A stretch of 64,000 nucleotides of DNA from a virus, in the IMG/VR virus record IMGVR_UViG_3300032236_000443, positions 34,100-98,099 of that record. The stretch is one strand, 5' to 3'. Within the stretch, counting starts at the first letter, position 1. Each line of letters begins with the position of its first letter. Both the position numbers and the translations under genes were made by a program. Of the stretch, positions 10,601 through 19,690 are shown one piece after another. Below the pieces are notes generated by a model. The model worked only from the letters and a program-made list of their open reading frames with translations, did not search any database and was not told the origin of the DNA.

Positions 10601-10751
10601 CTCCTTGTAGTCCAGCAGTAACCCACTCAGAGCCATCCCAAGTGTAAAGGGCATTATAAGTCGTATTGAAATAAACATCGCCAAGAGACGGACTGCTTGG
10701 CGGAGTCGCCAGATGCAGTACGTTAAGGGATGTTAAAAACCGACGGCTCAT
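7614..10751 (-). CDS. collagen-like fibre protein with BclA/C1q-like globular domains
   Basis: Long G-X-Y runs (GSQGTTGAQ) interrupted by globular segments, e.g. FQPTIAGYYLIN (C1q-like). Confidence 0.8.
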   Translation of the reverse strand: MSRRFLTSLNVLHLATPPSSPSLGDVYFNTTYNALYTWDGSEWVTAGLQGAQGTTGSTGTQGATGSQGLTGSQGATGSQGSVGTQGTTGATGSQGTTGSTGAQGLQGFTGPQGNDGAQGTTGIQGAVGQTGSQGTTGSQGATGSQGATGNQGTTGATGSQGTTGAQGFTGSQGLTGDIGPTGSQGTTGAQGATGATGSQGTTGTTGAQGAQGTQGYTGSTGAQGAVGATGSQGTTGSQGTTGSQGTTGSQGTTGTTGSQGTTGSQGATGSQGTTGSQGTTGAQGTTGAQGTQGTTGSQGVQGTQGIQGAVGPVSSQNAHQSVEAVQTTPLGNGATYYAGSADASNGTGIGAYIIATSNGTLSIDGYTTPNMAVGDRVLIAGQATQVQNGIYTVTQTGSSSSVWKLTRATDADNHVAAQVEEGDYVFVTDGTVYGKTAWLMYANGSNSDGSIRIGTDAIQWTQASGVGAQGATGAQGAGGTIAYYGSFYDTTTQTVANSTTAYPISINNTYENNGVITQGGNSIKFLNQGTYSITISVQLVNTSSQIYNANLWLRVNGVDSPYSNSQMTVPQSHGSVSGQIIETVNYVYTFNANDVVTFMWQAESTTVSIETIAAGTTPTTPITPGIILTATQVAYAIQGTQGLQGATGTQGATGTQGFTGAQGTTGATGSQGTTGAQGFTGTQGAVGTTGAQGTTGTTGATGAQGATGTQGFTGTQGAIGSTGAQGTTGTTGAQGSQGTQGIQGLNGGMLTAANYTANGRLANDQTVTAGADALIAFVDDFDPQNWYDPTAKRFQPTIAGYYLINFDAWWATGALSTAQTNTQVRKNGSTIAIYQNSVSTTNGYTQGGSKVVYLNGSTDYIDFTAYTSNTTSQVLQWGGNTNGQGTYFSATLITSGTVQGTTGATGAQGATGATGSAGATGAQGAQGFTGTTGATGSQGTTGLQGATGATGATGAQGATGAQGFTGTQGSTGTQGLTGSQGVQGSIGTTGAQGIQGISGNAYIVDYLDGGSSAIKPDIIYDAGVSSSNTTTWTYTIDAGASTVSF

Positions 10752-10770
10752 GTACGCCCTTTGCTATTTG

Positions 10771-13023
10771 TTAGCCGATTACCACTACTCGGAATTGGTT
10801 GGTTCCTGGAGCAACCGCAAATGTTACGTTAACCTTTGAGGTTGTTGCGTGTGTAACGTCTGCAAAAACTTCTTCTCCAGAATCAGTATCATAAATAGTT
10901 ACAGATACATCTGTAGTTCCAAAGTTATGGTAGATATCAAACGAGGTGTTGTCAGCATCACCAATAGTCTGAGCCATCTTCTTGGTGATGTATGAATAGT
11001 CAATGATTTCAATAGCACCAGTGCCGTTGTTAATCTGAAGACCAGTTCCAAGGAGTGCAGCAAATCCATCACCGTCTAGTGAAAGTCCGCCATTTTCCTT
11101 GGCTACACCAGAGATAACTCCGCTTGAGATATTGATTCCGTTGCCTGCAGTGTATTCACCAGCGGCTGAGAACTGTGTCCAAGTAGATGCTCCAGCAGTA
11201 AACGCTGTGACAATCCAACCTTGAGCAGCGTAAGTTCCTTCTTCTACAAGGACGTAAGAACCTTCTTTAATGTCTGTATCTGAAGGGGTTGTAGAAGCAA
11301 CCAAGGTCTGTGAACCAGAGTTGTAAATATAGATTCCGTTTTCAGTTGCTGTGGTTTGTGCCTTAACAAGTACACGGTCACCATTTACAAGAGTAACTCC
11401 ACTGATTGGGTCAGAGGCATTTGCAGTGATGTCAATGTTTGTACTTGTTGCAGTACGAACTGAGCCAAGAACAGATAGTCCTTGTGCTGTAGAGTCTACG
11501 TAGCCTTTAGTTGCAGCATCACCAGGGTTTAGCGGAGTTGCCAAATTGCTGATGGTGTAACCCTCTGCGTTTAGGTCTGCGTCAAGGATGACACCAGACC
11601 CAAGGGTCTTGTTAGTAAAGGTCTGTGAAGTACCGACTGTTGCAATTTCACGTTGTGGGTATGCGTTAGCCGCATCATCGCCCCAGTGAATATACGCCTT
11701 ACCTGTGTGACCGCCAGCATCATTTCCTGGGTAAAGGATGATGTCGTTAATCGCACGGAGAGCAAGGTCATCTGCAGCAGTGATGCGTGCTGTTCCTGTA
11801 TAAGAACGGTAAATTTGAAGGTATTCAGTTTGTGAAGAATCACGGTAACTAATTCCGTTAGGAGTATCTACTCGTACTGTTCCATCGGCAGCGATTACTA
11901 CATCGCCGCTATTTGACTCAAGACCAAGGTCTCCAGTTGTAGCAACTACAGTAAATTCACCAGATGAAAGTGCGGCAATAATGCCACGTTGGTATCCAGT
12001 GTCATCTCCACCGTACCAGTACTCTGTTTTACGAGTATGAATTTCTTGGTTACGAGTAGTGATTACTCCGTTATCGGCTTGAAGAACAAGTGGTCCATCG
12101 TAAGTACCGATGGTTTGTTCTCCTGCTGCAGTTGTTATGTAAAGTTCTCCACCAAAAACTGTGCTATTTGTGGATGGGTTTACGTAAATATCACCGCTGT
12201 GTGACTCCAAAACCATTTGGTTGGATGCAACTACAGAAAGGCTTCCGTCTGATGGGTGAGCAAGAATTAATCCAAGACGAGAACCAGAAGTATCTCCACC
12301 GTTCCAAAGTTCAATCTTTGGTGTATGGAACTCAGAGGTATCTGTTGTTACAGTGCCGTTGTCTGCCGTAAGGTGAAGAGAATTAACATCAGTTGTGATA
12401 ATTCCGCCATCACCGTTAATTGTGAGATTACCATTAAAGATAGTAAGAGTTGTAGATGGCTCAATCTTGACGTTGCCATTGTTTGACTCCAAAGCAAGGT
12501 TGTTGATTGCAACAATCGCAAACTCACCTGCAGTGTAAGGGTTTGCGGTTACAATGCCGTACTGGTCGCCATCTTTCCAATACTCGGTCTTACGAAGGTG
12601 AAGTTCGCCGTTAGGAACGTCAATGTATGACGGAAGACTTACGGTTACATCACCAGTTGTTTGGTCAACAGAAATTTGATTTGTAGTACCGTTTACAGAG
12701 TTGACGTAAGTAGCGCTACCTGATGCGCCAATTTGCAACCAAGCATTATTGTAATCTAAGTAAAGAGTTTGTGTGTCAGTTGTAGCGTAGACACGTCCAT
12801 TGTTACCTGCTGTAGGAAGAGCAGAGTATGTACCGTACTCAATAGAGCCACCAACTGGAACCCAGTTAGTACCATCGTAGATACGGAGTTCTTTAGCAAC
12901 TGTGTTGTAGTAAGAGTGACCAGCACCGTATGGGGAAGGGTTATCTGGAAGGTTTTGAATCTTAAAGTTGGTTAACTCAAGACCAGTTAAACTAATTGGT
13001 GTGTAAAACTTACGGGCCATCAT
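10771..13023 (-). CDS. tail fibre protein
   Basis: DAATKGYVD and LVNGDRVLVKAQT..ENGIY fibre motifs; three internal repeats (ELHLRKTEYW/EFHTPKIELW/EIHTRKTEYW). Confidence 0.75.
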   Translation of the reverse strand: MMARKFYTPISLTGLELTNFKIQNLPDNPSPYGAGHSYYNTVAKELRIYDGTNWVPVGGSIEYGTYSALPTAGNNGRVYATTDTQTLYLDYNNAWLQIGASGSATYVNSVNGTTNQISVDQTTGDVTVSLPSYIDVPNGELHLRKTEYWKDGDQYGIVTANPYTAGEFAIVAINNLALESNNGNVKIEPSTTLTIFNGNLTINGDGGIITTDVNSLHLTADNGTVTTDTSEFHTPKIELWNGGDTSGSRLGLILAHPSDGSLSVVASNQMVLESHSGDIYVNPSTNSTVFGGELYITTAAGEQTIGTYDGPLVLQADNGVITTRNQEIHTRKTEYWYGGDDTGYQRGIIAALSSGEFTVVATTGDLGLESNSGDVVIAADGTVRVDTPNGISYRDSSQTEYLQIYRSYTGTARITAADDLALRAINDIILYPGNDAGGHTGKAYIHWGDDAANAYPQREIATVGTSQTFTNKTLGSGVILDADLNAEGYTISNLATPLNPGDAATKGYVDSTAQGLSVLGSVRTATSTNIDITANASDPISGVTLVNGDRVLVKAQTTATENGIYIYNSGSQTLVASTTPSDTDIKEGSYVLVEEGTYAAQGWIVTAFTAGASTWTQFSAAGEYTAGNGINISSGVISGVAKENGGLSLDGDGFAALLGTGLQINNGTGAIEIIDYSYITKKMAQTIGDADNTSFDIYHNFGTTDVSVTIYDTDSGEEVFADVTHATTSKVNVTFAVAPGTNQFRVVVIG

Positions 13024-13029
13024 GTCTCC

Positions 13030-13479
13030 TTATGACAAGTATGCAACGCCGCTAAACGCTGCTAGAAAAGTTATTTCCAAGTAGTTCGGGTCTCGGTAGT
13101 AAATTTCGCCCTCGCATATTGCACCAGTGGAGTCCATTGTAGTGACGTTTGGAAAGAAATTAAGGTTATGCGAGATACGCCATAAAGCAGATGAAACACC
13201 TTGGTTGTGTGTATACGCAATTGCACGGTTAGTTCCTTGTATACCTTGGATACCCTGAATTCCTTGAGTTCCAGTTGCTCCTTGTGCTCCAGTGCCAGTA
13301 GCGCCTTGTACACCTTGTGGACCACGAGCACCGCCCTGACCAGGGCCAACTACAACAGTTGATTGGGTAGATTGAGCAGCGCTAGGAGGTACTACAGTAA
13401 TAACTACAGGATTAGTTGCCTGTACTGTAATTCCCTGTGTGCCGCAAGAGCATGTGTTCTGGCAACCACAAGTTGTCAC
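13030..13479 (-). CDS. short collagen-repeat virion protein
   Basis: G-X-Y run plus C-terminal W.I.HNL..FPNV domain. Confidence 0.65.
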   Translation of the reverse strand: MTTCGCQNTCSCGTQGITVQATNPVVITVVPPSAAQSTQSTVVVGPGQGGARGPQGVQGATGTGAQGATGTQGIQGIQGIQGTNRAIAYTHNQGVSSALWRISHNLNFFPNVTTMDSTGAICEGEIYYRDPNYLEITFLAAFSGVAYLS

Positions 13480-14525
13480 ATCGTCACCTCACGGGTAACG
13501 AATACTGTTCCACGCATGTAAGTCTTTTGATAAGTTGGGTCACCATCAGTAGTTGCTTGGATATCCCAATAGCAACGTTCTGGCAGGTCTGTGGTCTGTG
13601 ACGGTGTGAGGGAAAGGGTCAACTTCTGGTTGTTGCCTGATACTGGTGTAACAGTCATGTTGGCAACAAGAGTTGGGTCTCCTGGTTGCATACGAATTTG
13701 AGAGGCAAATGTGTAGCCTGAGATATCGAATGGGAAATCAAGTTCGACAGAGAACGAATCTCCTTGGTACATAGTCAAGTCGTATGTAGGAACATCGGAA
13801 GGTGAGATAGCACTTCCGTAACTTGGCATTGAAAGAAGGGCACGGCTAGGCATAGAGCGGTCGTCCACTTCTTGTGGCAAGTAGATAGGTACATAACGGT
13901 TTGTGGTCTTAGAAGTGCGGCGAAGGGTGAATACGTCTATCTTGTAAAGACCGATGCCAAGCATTGAGCAAAGTTCCTTGTATTGATTCTTGCGCTCTTC
14001 AATCATCTGCATGAGTTGGCGGTAGCGCTCAGAACGTGGGATAGCAACTCCGTCAGGAGCAGTAATGTCAATATCAAATGAAGCGTCAGTAGCAAGTGTG
14101 TAAAGCGCCAAGGTAGAGGCGTACACAACTACTGGGTATTCTTCAATACCTGGAAGGCTTGTGTAGGTGTAGCCACGACCGTATGCGTCAGCGTGGTTAG
14201 CGATGTGTTGACCAAAGGCTGTATCAATGAACTGGCAGATTTCGCTATCTACAAAGTAACGGTAGTAGGTGCCAGAGAAAACAATGATAGCCCCAGAAGC
14301 AGGTACATCATGAAGAGTTACATACCCTGTTAGTTCCTCAACGACAGATGTGTCGGAGACGTCTGTGTTATTCACATAGACCATAAGGGAGGCACCATCA
14401 ACTGGTGAGTAAGGGATGAGGAAACGGTTAGTGGCGCCGTCTGCAACAATTTGATGGACAAAGGACTTGCCTGTGTCGCCTATTTCAAATCGTAGACGGT
14501 CTGCAAGACTGTTTAGTGTAGCCAC
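13476..14525 (-). CDS. putative head-tail connector/neck protein
   Basis: Immediately downstream of the capsid operon; LRFEIGD N-terminus; C-terminal YQGD...YWDIQ Ig-like domain. Confidence 0.5.
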   Translation of the reverse strand: MATLNSLADRLRFEIGDTGKSFVHQIVADGATNRFLIPYSPVDGASLMVYVNNTDVSDTSVVEELTGYVTLHDVPASGAIIVFSGTYYRYFVDSEICQFIDTAFGQHIANHADAYGRGYTYTSLPGIEEYPVVVYASTLALYTLATDASFDIDITAPDGVAIPRSERYRQLMQMIEERKNQYKELCSMLGIGLYKIDVFTLRRTSKTTNRYVPIYLPQEVDDRSMPSRALLSMPSYGSAISPSDVPTYDLTMYQGDSFSVELDFPFDISGYTFASQIRMQPGDPTLVANMTVTPVSGNNQKLTLSLTPSQTTDLPERCYWDIQATTDGDPTYQKTYMRGTVFVTREVTM

Positions 14526-14573
14526 ATAACCTCCGAAATACGTTTAAGCAATTATCGCTTAATACTCCAAAAT

Positions 14574-14628
14574 AAAAAGGTCCAACCCCCAACTGGGAGG
14601 AGGGCGGGAACCAGTTGAGGGTCGGACT
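14574..14628 (-). terminator. intrinsic terminator
   Basis: Minus strand GTCCGACCCTCAACTGG...CCAGTTGGGGGTTGGAC stem followed by CTTTTTA. Confidence 0.75.
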
Positions 14629-14640
14629 ACTAGCGACGTC

Positions 14641-15012
14641 TTAGTTAGGACGCCAAATGTATCCAAGTTGTTCTAGATAGTTTGCGAGGTGTGAAGGTAC
14701 TCGGTACTTAACTCCTGCTTTAAAGGAGAATGTATTTCCGACTCCGTAAGTCATCTCGTCAATATCGGTGATTGTACGAATGATAACCATGTCATTCGCT
14801 ACTGATACTCCGACATCTTCAATTTCATCTAGTACAAGTGGAGCCTCTGGACGCTTCGGGTCGAATACGTCTTTCTCAAGACTCTCTGCCTCAATCTGGG
14901 CAGCAATTGAAATTTCATCTTTGCGCTTGCGTAGCGCTTCTGCGTTCTTCTTTGCTGCTGTTTCCGCTGCACGGCCTGTTGCGTCAAGCGGACTTGTTGG
15001 TGTATTTGCCAC
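14641..15012 (-). CDS. hypothetical head-associated protein
   Basis: ORF with GGAG RBS directly downstream of the capsid gene. Confidence 0.6.
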   Translation of the reverse strand: MANTPTSPLDATGRAAETAAKKNAEALRKRKDEISIAAQIEAESLEKDVFDPKRPEAPLVLDEIEDVGVSVANDMVIIRTITDIDEMTYGVGNTFSFKAGVKYRVPSHLANYLEQLGYIWRPN

Positions 15013-15048
15013 GGTGATAATTCTCCTAAGTTAGTTGTTTAGTTGTGA

Positions 15049-15085
15049 TGGCTGTGGGCCCAGGAAGGAGTAGGGCCCACAGTCA
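15049..15085 (-). terminator. stem-loop after major capsid gene
   Basis: TGACTGTGGGCCC...GGGCCCACAGCCA inverted repeat. Confidence 0.55.
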
Positions 15086-15094
15086 TCGGGTGTC

Positions 15095-16225
15095 TTAGTT
15101 TGTGTAAACCTTGACGATAGCCTGGTCGGTGATAACACCGAGGCCCCAGATTGCGTACCATGCAAGAGCGTGCTCACGACCGAAGTCGAGAACGCCACCG
15201 TCACGGAGTTCAACTGGAAGAGAGATTGCGTGTCCGAATGCGTTGTCACCAATCATGATTGATTCGTAGACAGTTGCACCGTTACCTGTTGCGTTGGTTA
15301 GGTAACCCTTTTCTGCTGTGTAATCAGCAGAGACTGGGTTTCCACCCTCACCTGGGTTGGTGTTAGCAAGAACGTCAGAGATTGAACCCTGGGTTGCTGG
15401 AGCACCGACGAGTGAAGAGGTTGTGTAACCAGCGTTAACAGAAAGTTGCTTAACCTGTGTTGTCTCAATGAAGACTACGTCGTAGAGACGACCGATTTCA
15501 CCGAGCATGAAGTTACCTGGAGCAGCGTACTTTGTAACTTCGATGAACTCTGGGTTCGAACGAATGTCACGAGACTGCTTTGGGTGGATGAATTGGACGT
15601 ATGTTTCGCCCAAACGAGGGATGTTCTTGCCAGCGAGGGTAAGAGCAGCATCCTTAACTGCACCTGTTGACAACTTGTAAGCGCCATCGAGGTCAGAGAA
15701 TTGTGTTGCCTTTGTACCTTCGTTGTACCAGTCGTTAACACCTTGAACACCTGTGCGGTCGTAACCGAACACTGCTGATGTTGCAGCAGAAAGGGTGTTG
15801 CGTGCCTGTACGTCGAGGTACTGAGCCATGTGGCGACCAAGAAGACGTGAAGCAGATGCCATAACGTCATCGAATGATGCGTTAAGAAGGAGTTCAGAAA
15901 CTGCTACTGCGTAGCCGTGTTCTGCAACTGTGATTGCAATTTGCTCTGCTGTAAGAGCGTTTGTTGTCATACGGACACCTTCTGTAAGTGGTGAAGGGTC
16001 TACAGCAAAGTTCTTGTAACGGAGGAAGTTCACACGAAGACCAGGAGCAACTCCTAGTTCAGTCTTCTTAACAGCGAACTGCTCGAAACGAAGAATTGGC
16101 ATTGCCTGGAACAAGATTTCCTTGGACCAGATTGTTTGGATTGCTTGATTCAAAGATGAATTAGCACCTGAGTAAGCGGTTGGGGCTCCTGCGAGTTGCC
16201 CTGTACCTGTAATTGCACTTGCCAT
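15095..16225 (-). CDS. major capsid protein (N4-gp56 family-like)
   Basis: PLTEGV, EHGYAV, FIHPKQSRD, GEIGRLYDVVFIET, DFGREHALAWYAIWG; follows portal and scaffold. Confidence 0.9.
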   Translation of the reverse strand: MASAITGTGQLAGAPTAYSGANSSLNQAIQTIWSKEILFQAMPILRFEQFAVKKTELGVAPGLRVNFLRYKNFAVDPSPLTEGVRMTTNALTAEQIAITVAEHGYAVAVSELLLNASFDDVMASASRLLGRHMAQYLDVQARNTLSAATSAVFGYDRTGVQGVNDWYNEGTKATQFSDLDGAYKLSTGAVKDAALTLAGKNIPRLGETYVQFIHPKQSRDIRSNPEFIEVTKYAAPGNFMLGEIGRLYDVVFIETTQVKQLSVNAGYTTSSLVGAPATQGSISDVLANTNPGEGGNPVSADYTAEKGYLTNATGNGATVYESIMIGDNAFGHAISLPVELRDGGVLDFGREHALAWYAIWGLGVITDQAIVKVYTN

Positions 16226-16261
16226 GTAGGTCAAGTCCTTTCATTAGTTGTTTGGAGGGGA

Positions 16262-17011
16262 TTAACCGAACAGTCCCTGACCACGGTTGCTGGCTGCAGT
16301 GCCAAGTAGTTTGGCTCTTTGTTTCGCATAGTCTGCCAATGACATATCCCTGATTGAATCAGGTGTGTACGATTTTTGTTCCGAGTCATTATCGAGGGGT
16401 CCTGAAGCAGGAGCGGTAACACGTGCTCCTACCATTGATTGCTTTGCATTAGCAGTTGCCTGCTGAACATCCTGCATAATTCCTGCAGACTTGTCCTTGA
16501 GCGTTGCAATGCTTTGCTCAATTTCTTCTTGGCTGTTACCGTTAACAAGGTCAATGAGTTGAGGGACAATGCTGTCACGCTCTTCCTCAATACGCTGTGA
16601 ACGATACGCCATCAAATCTTGGAACTGACGTTCTCTTTCAAGGAGGGCAAAAGCCTTTTCTCTCTCAAGACGCTCGGACTCTAACTGAGTCTGCCATTCT
16701 TGCTCCTTCTTAGAAAGGAGTTCCTTGACGGAGAGTTCTTCTTCTTCTTTTGCTTTCGCTTTTGCAATACGCTCTGCTTCTTTTGCAGCACGCTTTGCTT
16801 CTTTTTCTGCTTGACGAGCGGCTTCTTCTGCTTGAGCCTTCTTTAGTGACTCAAGTTCTTGAGCCATCTTTTCCATCTGAGGATATAACTTAGCCTTCTC
16901 CTGTGCACGAGCCTTTGCAAGGTCGTCAGCAGTAAAGCCAGGCATAGTTGTCTCACTCACTTCCGAAACTTCAGCAACTGCTGGAGTCTCAATTACTTGG
17001 TTTTCATCCAT
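16262..17011 (-). CDS. capsid scaffolding protein
   Basis: Coiled-coil between portal and capsid; C-terminal IRDMSLADYAKQRAKL. Confidence 0.8.
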   Translation of the reverse strand: MDENQVIETPAVAEVSEVSETTMPGFTADDLAKARAQEKAKLYPQMEKMAQELESLKKAQAEEAARQAEKEAKRAAKEAERIAKAKAKEEEELSVKELLSKKEQEWQTQLESERLEREKAFALLERERQFQDLMAYRSQRIEEERDSIVPQLIDLVNGNSQEEIEQSIATLKDKSAGIMQDVQQATANAKQSMVGARVTAPASGPLDNDSEQKSYTPDSIRDMSLADYAKQRAKLLGTAASNRGQGLFG

Positions 17012-17139
17012 TGTAATCACCTATTTTTCTTATGTCGTTGTCCAAATGCCTTGCGGCGTGCCACTGAGTTATAATGAGATAATTGCATATCATTTCAACG
17101 CATTTGTCTCGTTATATTCTGATGTTTATCAGAATTCTT

Positions 17140-18876
17140 TTATTCCTTGTCTACAGTTCTCCTCTGTGGAATTTTCGTTCCATAGGCGTCAGTGACAAGT
17201 TTGTTTCGTATTTCTGCCTCAGCCATCTTTTCAGTATTCATCATCTGTTGGTTGGCTGGGTCCATAGCGTTTTCAGGAGTTTCTGGTCCAGACATTCCAT
17301 CGCCTAGAACATCTCCATCACCCATCGCTTGTGGTTGCATTGGAATTGCAGAGTTGCCATCAGGACCAGGCATCATGCCTGTCATATCCATAATAGCCTT
17401 CTGAATCTGAATCTTTACTAGTTGCAAAGCACCATCTGCTTGTGCATCTGCCATGAGTTCGTCACGGATTTCGTTCAACTTCTCTTCTGGGAATTCCTCA
17501 CCAAGAGTACGAAGTGCACCTTCCTTAGACTCAAGTCCCATTCCAAGTTTTGTCTGAATTTCGTTCAAAACAATCAACTTATCCAAAGGAAGAGGTTGTG
17601 GGAACTGTGCGTAGTTCATGAATGAGATTGGGTCATTAGGGTCAAGTTGTGGTAACTGACCTTCCTTGATTGGACCATCTACATCAGGGTTGTAAATCAT
17701 TGTCTCTGGCTCTTTAAAGAAGAGGGTACGAAGAGCGAGTTCGTTAATCTTCTCAAGACCCTTGCCATATTGTGCTACTTTTTGAGAGTAACGGTTCATC
17801 AATGGCTGATACTGAATAGAAAGAGCAACACCAGAGGTGTTAGAGATAGGTTGAACTTGACCCAGTGCGGTTTCTGGGATGTTCATGATTTCGTGCATAG
17901 AACGCTTCAAGAGTTCTAGGTACTGTAAAGCACCAGAAATTCCTGCAGCACCTCCCTCAAGGTTGAAGACTTGAGCATCTTTTGGAAGACCGCCCCAAAC
18001 CTTCTTTGCACCCTTTTCGAGATTAGAGGCTTTTGCACCAACAATAACTGTCACAGGGGAAGCGTGATAGTTAATGATGTCTGCAACGTCAGTTGATATT
18101 TCATTGTATGAGCGGTTTAGTGTGATGATGTCGTGTGCGTCTGCGAGACCCCACGGTGAACCTGAAACAGGAACATTAGGAATGTGAACCACTGGAATAA
18201 GACCAAGTGGATTCGGACGAGAATCAATCAACTCATCGTTGATGTATTCCTCGATTGTGTCGTCAGTAAGAATTTCAGTGTAAGTAAATACTTGGCGAGT
18301 ACCTTCTAGAGATGTACCCCAGAAACGGTACTTCTGCTTGAAACGTAGCAAACGTGTACGGTCATGTGGGTGGAACTCAGGGAAACAGAACGATGAGTTC
18401 ATTGGAAGAATACGAACACGACCTGGATGTTCTCCACCAGCAGAGTCTTGCCATGGTTCTTCATAAGCAATCTTGACGAATACATCGCCAGTGATTCCGC
18501 CTTGCTGTGCCATTTCAAGAAGCACACGCATCTTGTCGTTATCTACTTCCCAGATACGCTCTAAGCGGTCTGGAACGATTGCTTCCGTTGCTTTGGGGGA
18601 ACGGAAGTGAATCCCCTTGCCGAAAGTAAAGCGGGCTAGAAAGTCGTTGAATGCACGGTAGTAATTAACTGTGAGTTGCATTTCGCCAGTCTCACGGCGA
18701 TAACCCCAGTGATGTCCAAGATACATCGCCCAGTTAAGTGAGTAGCGATTTAGTCGAGGACCATGTACTTCGAATTCTTCGTCAGCAAGTTCGACCAAAC
18801 CAAGTGGTGAAACCGAAATGGTTAAGTCTGATGATGCAGCCCTGTATGACGGAGGACTGAAGTCCATGAATGACAT
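17140..18876 (-). CDS. portal protein (SPP1 gp6-like)
   Basis: NPLGLIPVVHIPN, SGVALSIQYQPL motifs; 578 aa; located between terminase and scaffold. Confidence 0.88.
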   Translation of the reverse strand: MSFMDFSPPSYRAASSDLTISVSPLGLVELADEEFEVHGPRLNRYSLNWAMYLGHHWGYRRETGEMQLTVNYYRAFNDFLARFTFGKGIHFRSPKATEAIVPDRLERIWEVDNDKMRVLLEMAQQGGITGDVFVKIAYEEPWQDSAGGEHPGRVRILPMNSSFCFPEFHPHDRTRLLRFKQKYRFWGTSLEGTRQVFTYTEILTDDTIEEYINDELIDSRPNPLGLIPVVHIPNVPVSGSPWGLADAHDIITLNRSYNEISTDVADIINYHASPVTVIVGAKASNLEKGAKKVWGGLPKDAQVFNLEGGAAGISGALQYLELLKRSMHEIMNIPETALGQVQPISNTSGVALSIQYQPLMNRYSQKVAQYGKGLEKINELALRTLFFKEPETMIYNPDVDGPIKEGQLPQLDPNDPISFMNYAQFPQPLPLDKLIVLNEIQTKLGMGLESKEGALRTLGEEFPEEKLNEIRDELMADAQADGALQLVKIQIQKAIMDMTGMMPGPDGNSAIPMQPQAMGDGDVLGDGMSGPETPENAMDPANQQMMNTEKMAEAEIRNKLVTDAYGTKIPQRRTVDKE

Positions 18877-19151
18877 TACTTCTTGCCTTTATCCTTCTTT
18901 GAAGACTTCTTCTTTGAGGTTGTCTCTTTATCAGTCTTGCTTAACTTTTCTGACTTCTCTTTTTCGTGCTTCTTTTTAGCAACACCCATTTTACGGTCTT
19001 GCTCTGTGGTTTCAATGAAGCGACCACCATGCTCAACATAAGTCTTGTGTACCCAGTGAGATGCTCCTGGGTTTGGATAGTTGGAGTACTTTGCTTTTGC
19101 CTGTGCGACAATCATCGCCCACATTTTGGGGTTTGCTGGTTTACTCGCCAT
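18876..19151 (-). CDS. small basic hypothetical protein
   Basis: PANPKMW...YPNP...GG motif, Lys-rich tail. Confidence 0.65.
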   Translation of the reverse strand: MASKPANPKMWAMIVAQAKAKYSNYPNPGASHWVHKTYVEHGGRFIETTEQDRKMGVAKKKHEKEKSEKLSKTDKETTSKKKSSKKDKGKK

Positions 19152-19177
19152 ACTATCTCCTCTCTATAACCTAATAG

Positions 19178-19199
19178 CCCCCACACTAATGTGGGGGCG
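19178..19199. terminator. GC-rich hairpin
   Basis: GCCCCCACA-CTAA-TGTGGGGGC. Confidence 0.55.
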
Positions 19200-19218
19200 A
19201 CTAGATGTCTGTATGAAC

Positions 19219-19614
19219 TTAGTCGTTTACGACTGTTGCGGATGTACGTTGTTGACGTCCGCCTGAACGAGCCACTGTCTCAATTGTCTGAGCAGCGTAA
19301 TCGTTGTGAGAGCCGTGTGCGAACTCTCCGAGGAATGTTGGTGCTTCTACCCAAGCGGCAGAACCAACATGTGCACGCTCTGAAAGAGTTTCAGCAGCAG
19401 GCTTCTCGAAAACGTTTGCATTACGGTTAGGGCGTCCTGCTGCAGGAATGTAACCCTGCATCATGCCCTTCTGGAAATCGGTAGGCACATCGGTGTCTGT
19501 TGCGATTCCTTCTTCAAAGCGAAGAGGACCACGACGGACTGCGTTGTCTGCACCCTTACGCTCGTATACTTGTGGTGCACGCTCTGGAAATTGAGGTGCT
19601 GGTGAGATAGACAT
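19219..19614 (-). CDS. hypothetical protein
   Basis: ORF with AAGGAG RBS between terminase and portal. Confidence 0.7.
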   Translation of the reverse strand: MSISPAPQFPERAPQVYERKGADNAVRRGPLRFEEGIATDTDVPTDFQKGMMQGYIPAAGRPNRNANVFEKPAAETLSERAHVGSAAWVEAPTFLGEFAHGSHNDYAAQTIETVARSGGRQQRTSATVVND

Positions 19615-19690
19615 AGGAGTCTCCTTATTTCTTAGGGAAGGCCATTCCAGGTAATAGTTTCCTACCTTTTGCCCTACTTGTGTTGTTTAA

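Noticed and set aside
7742-10626. Many alternative-frame and antisense ORFs and 9/18-bp DNA periodicity
   Set aside because: By-products of the collagen G-X-Y coding repeat; not a CRISPR array or separate genes
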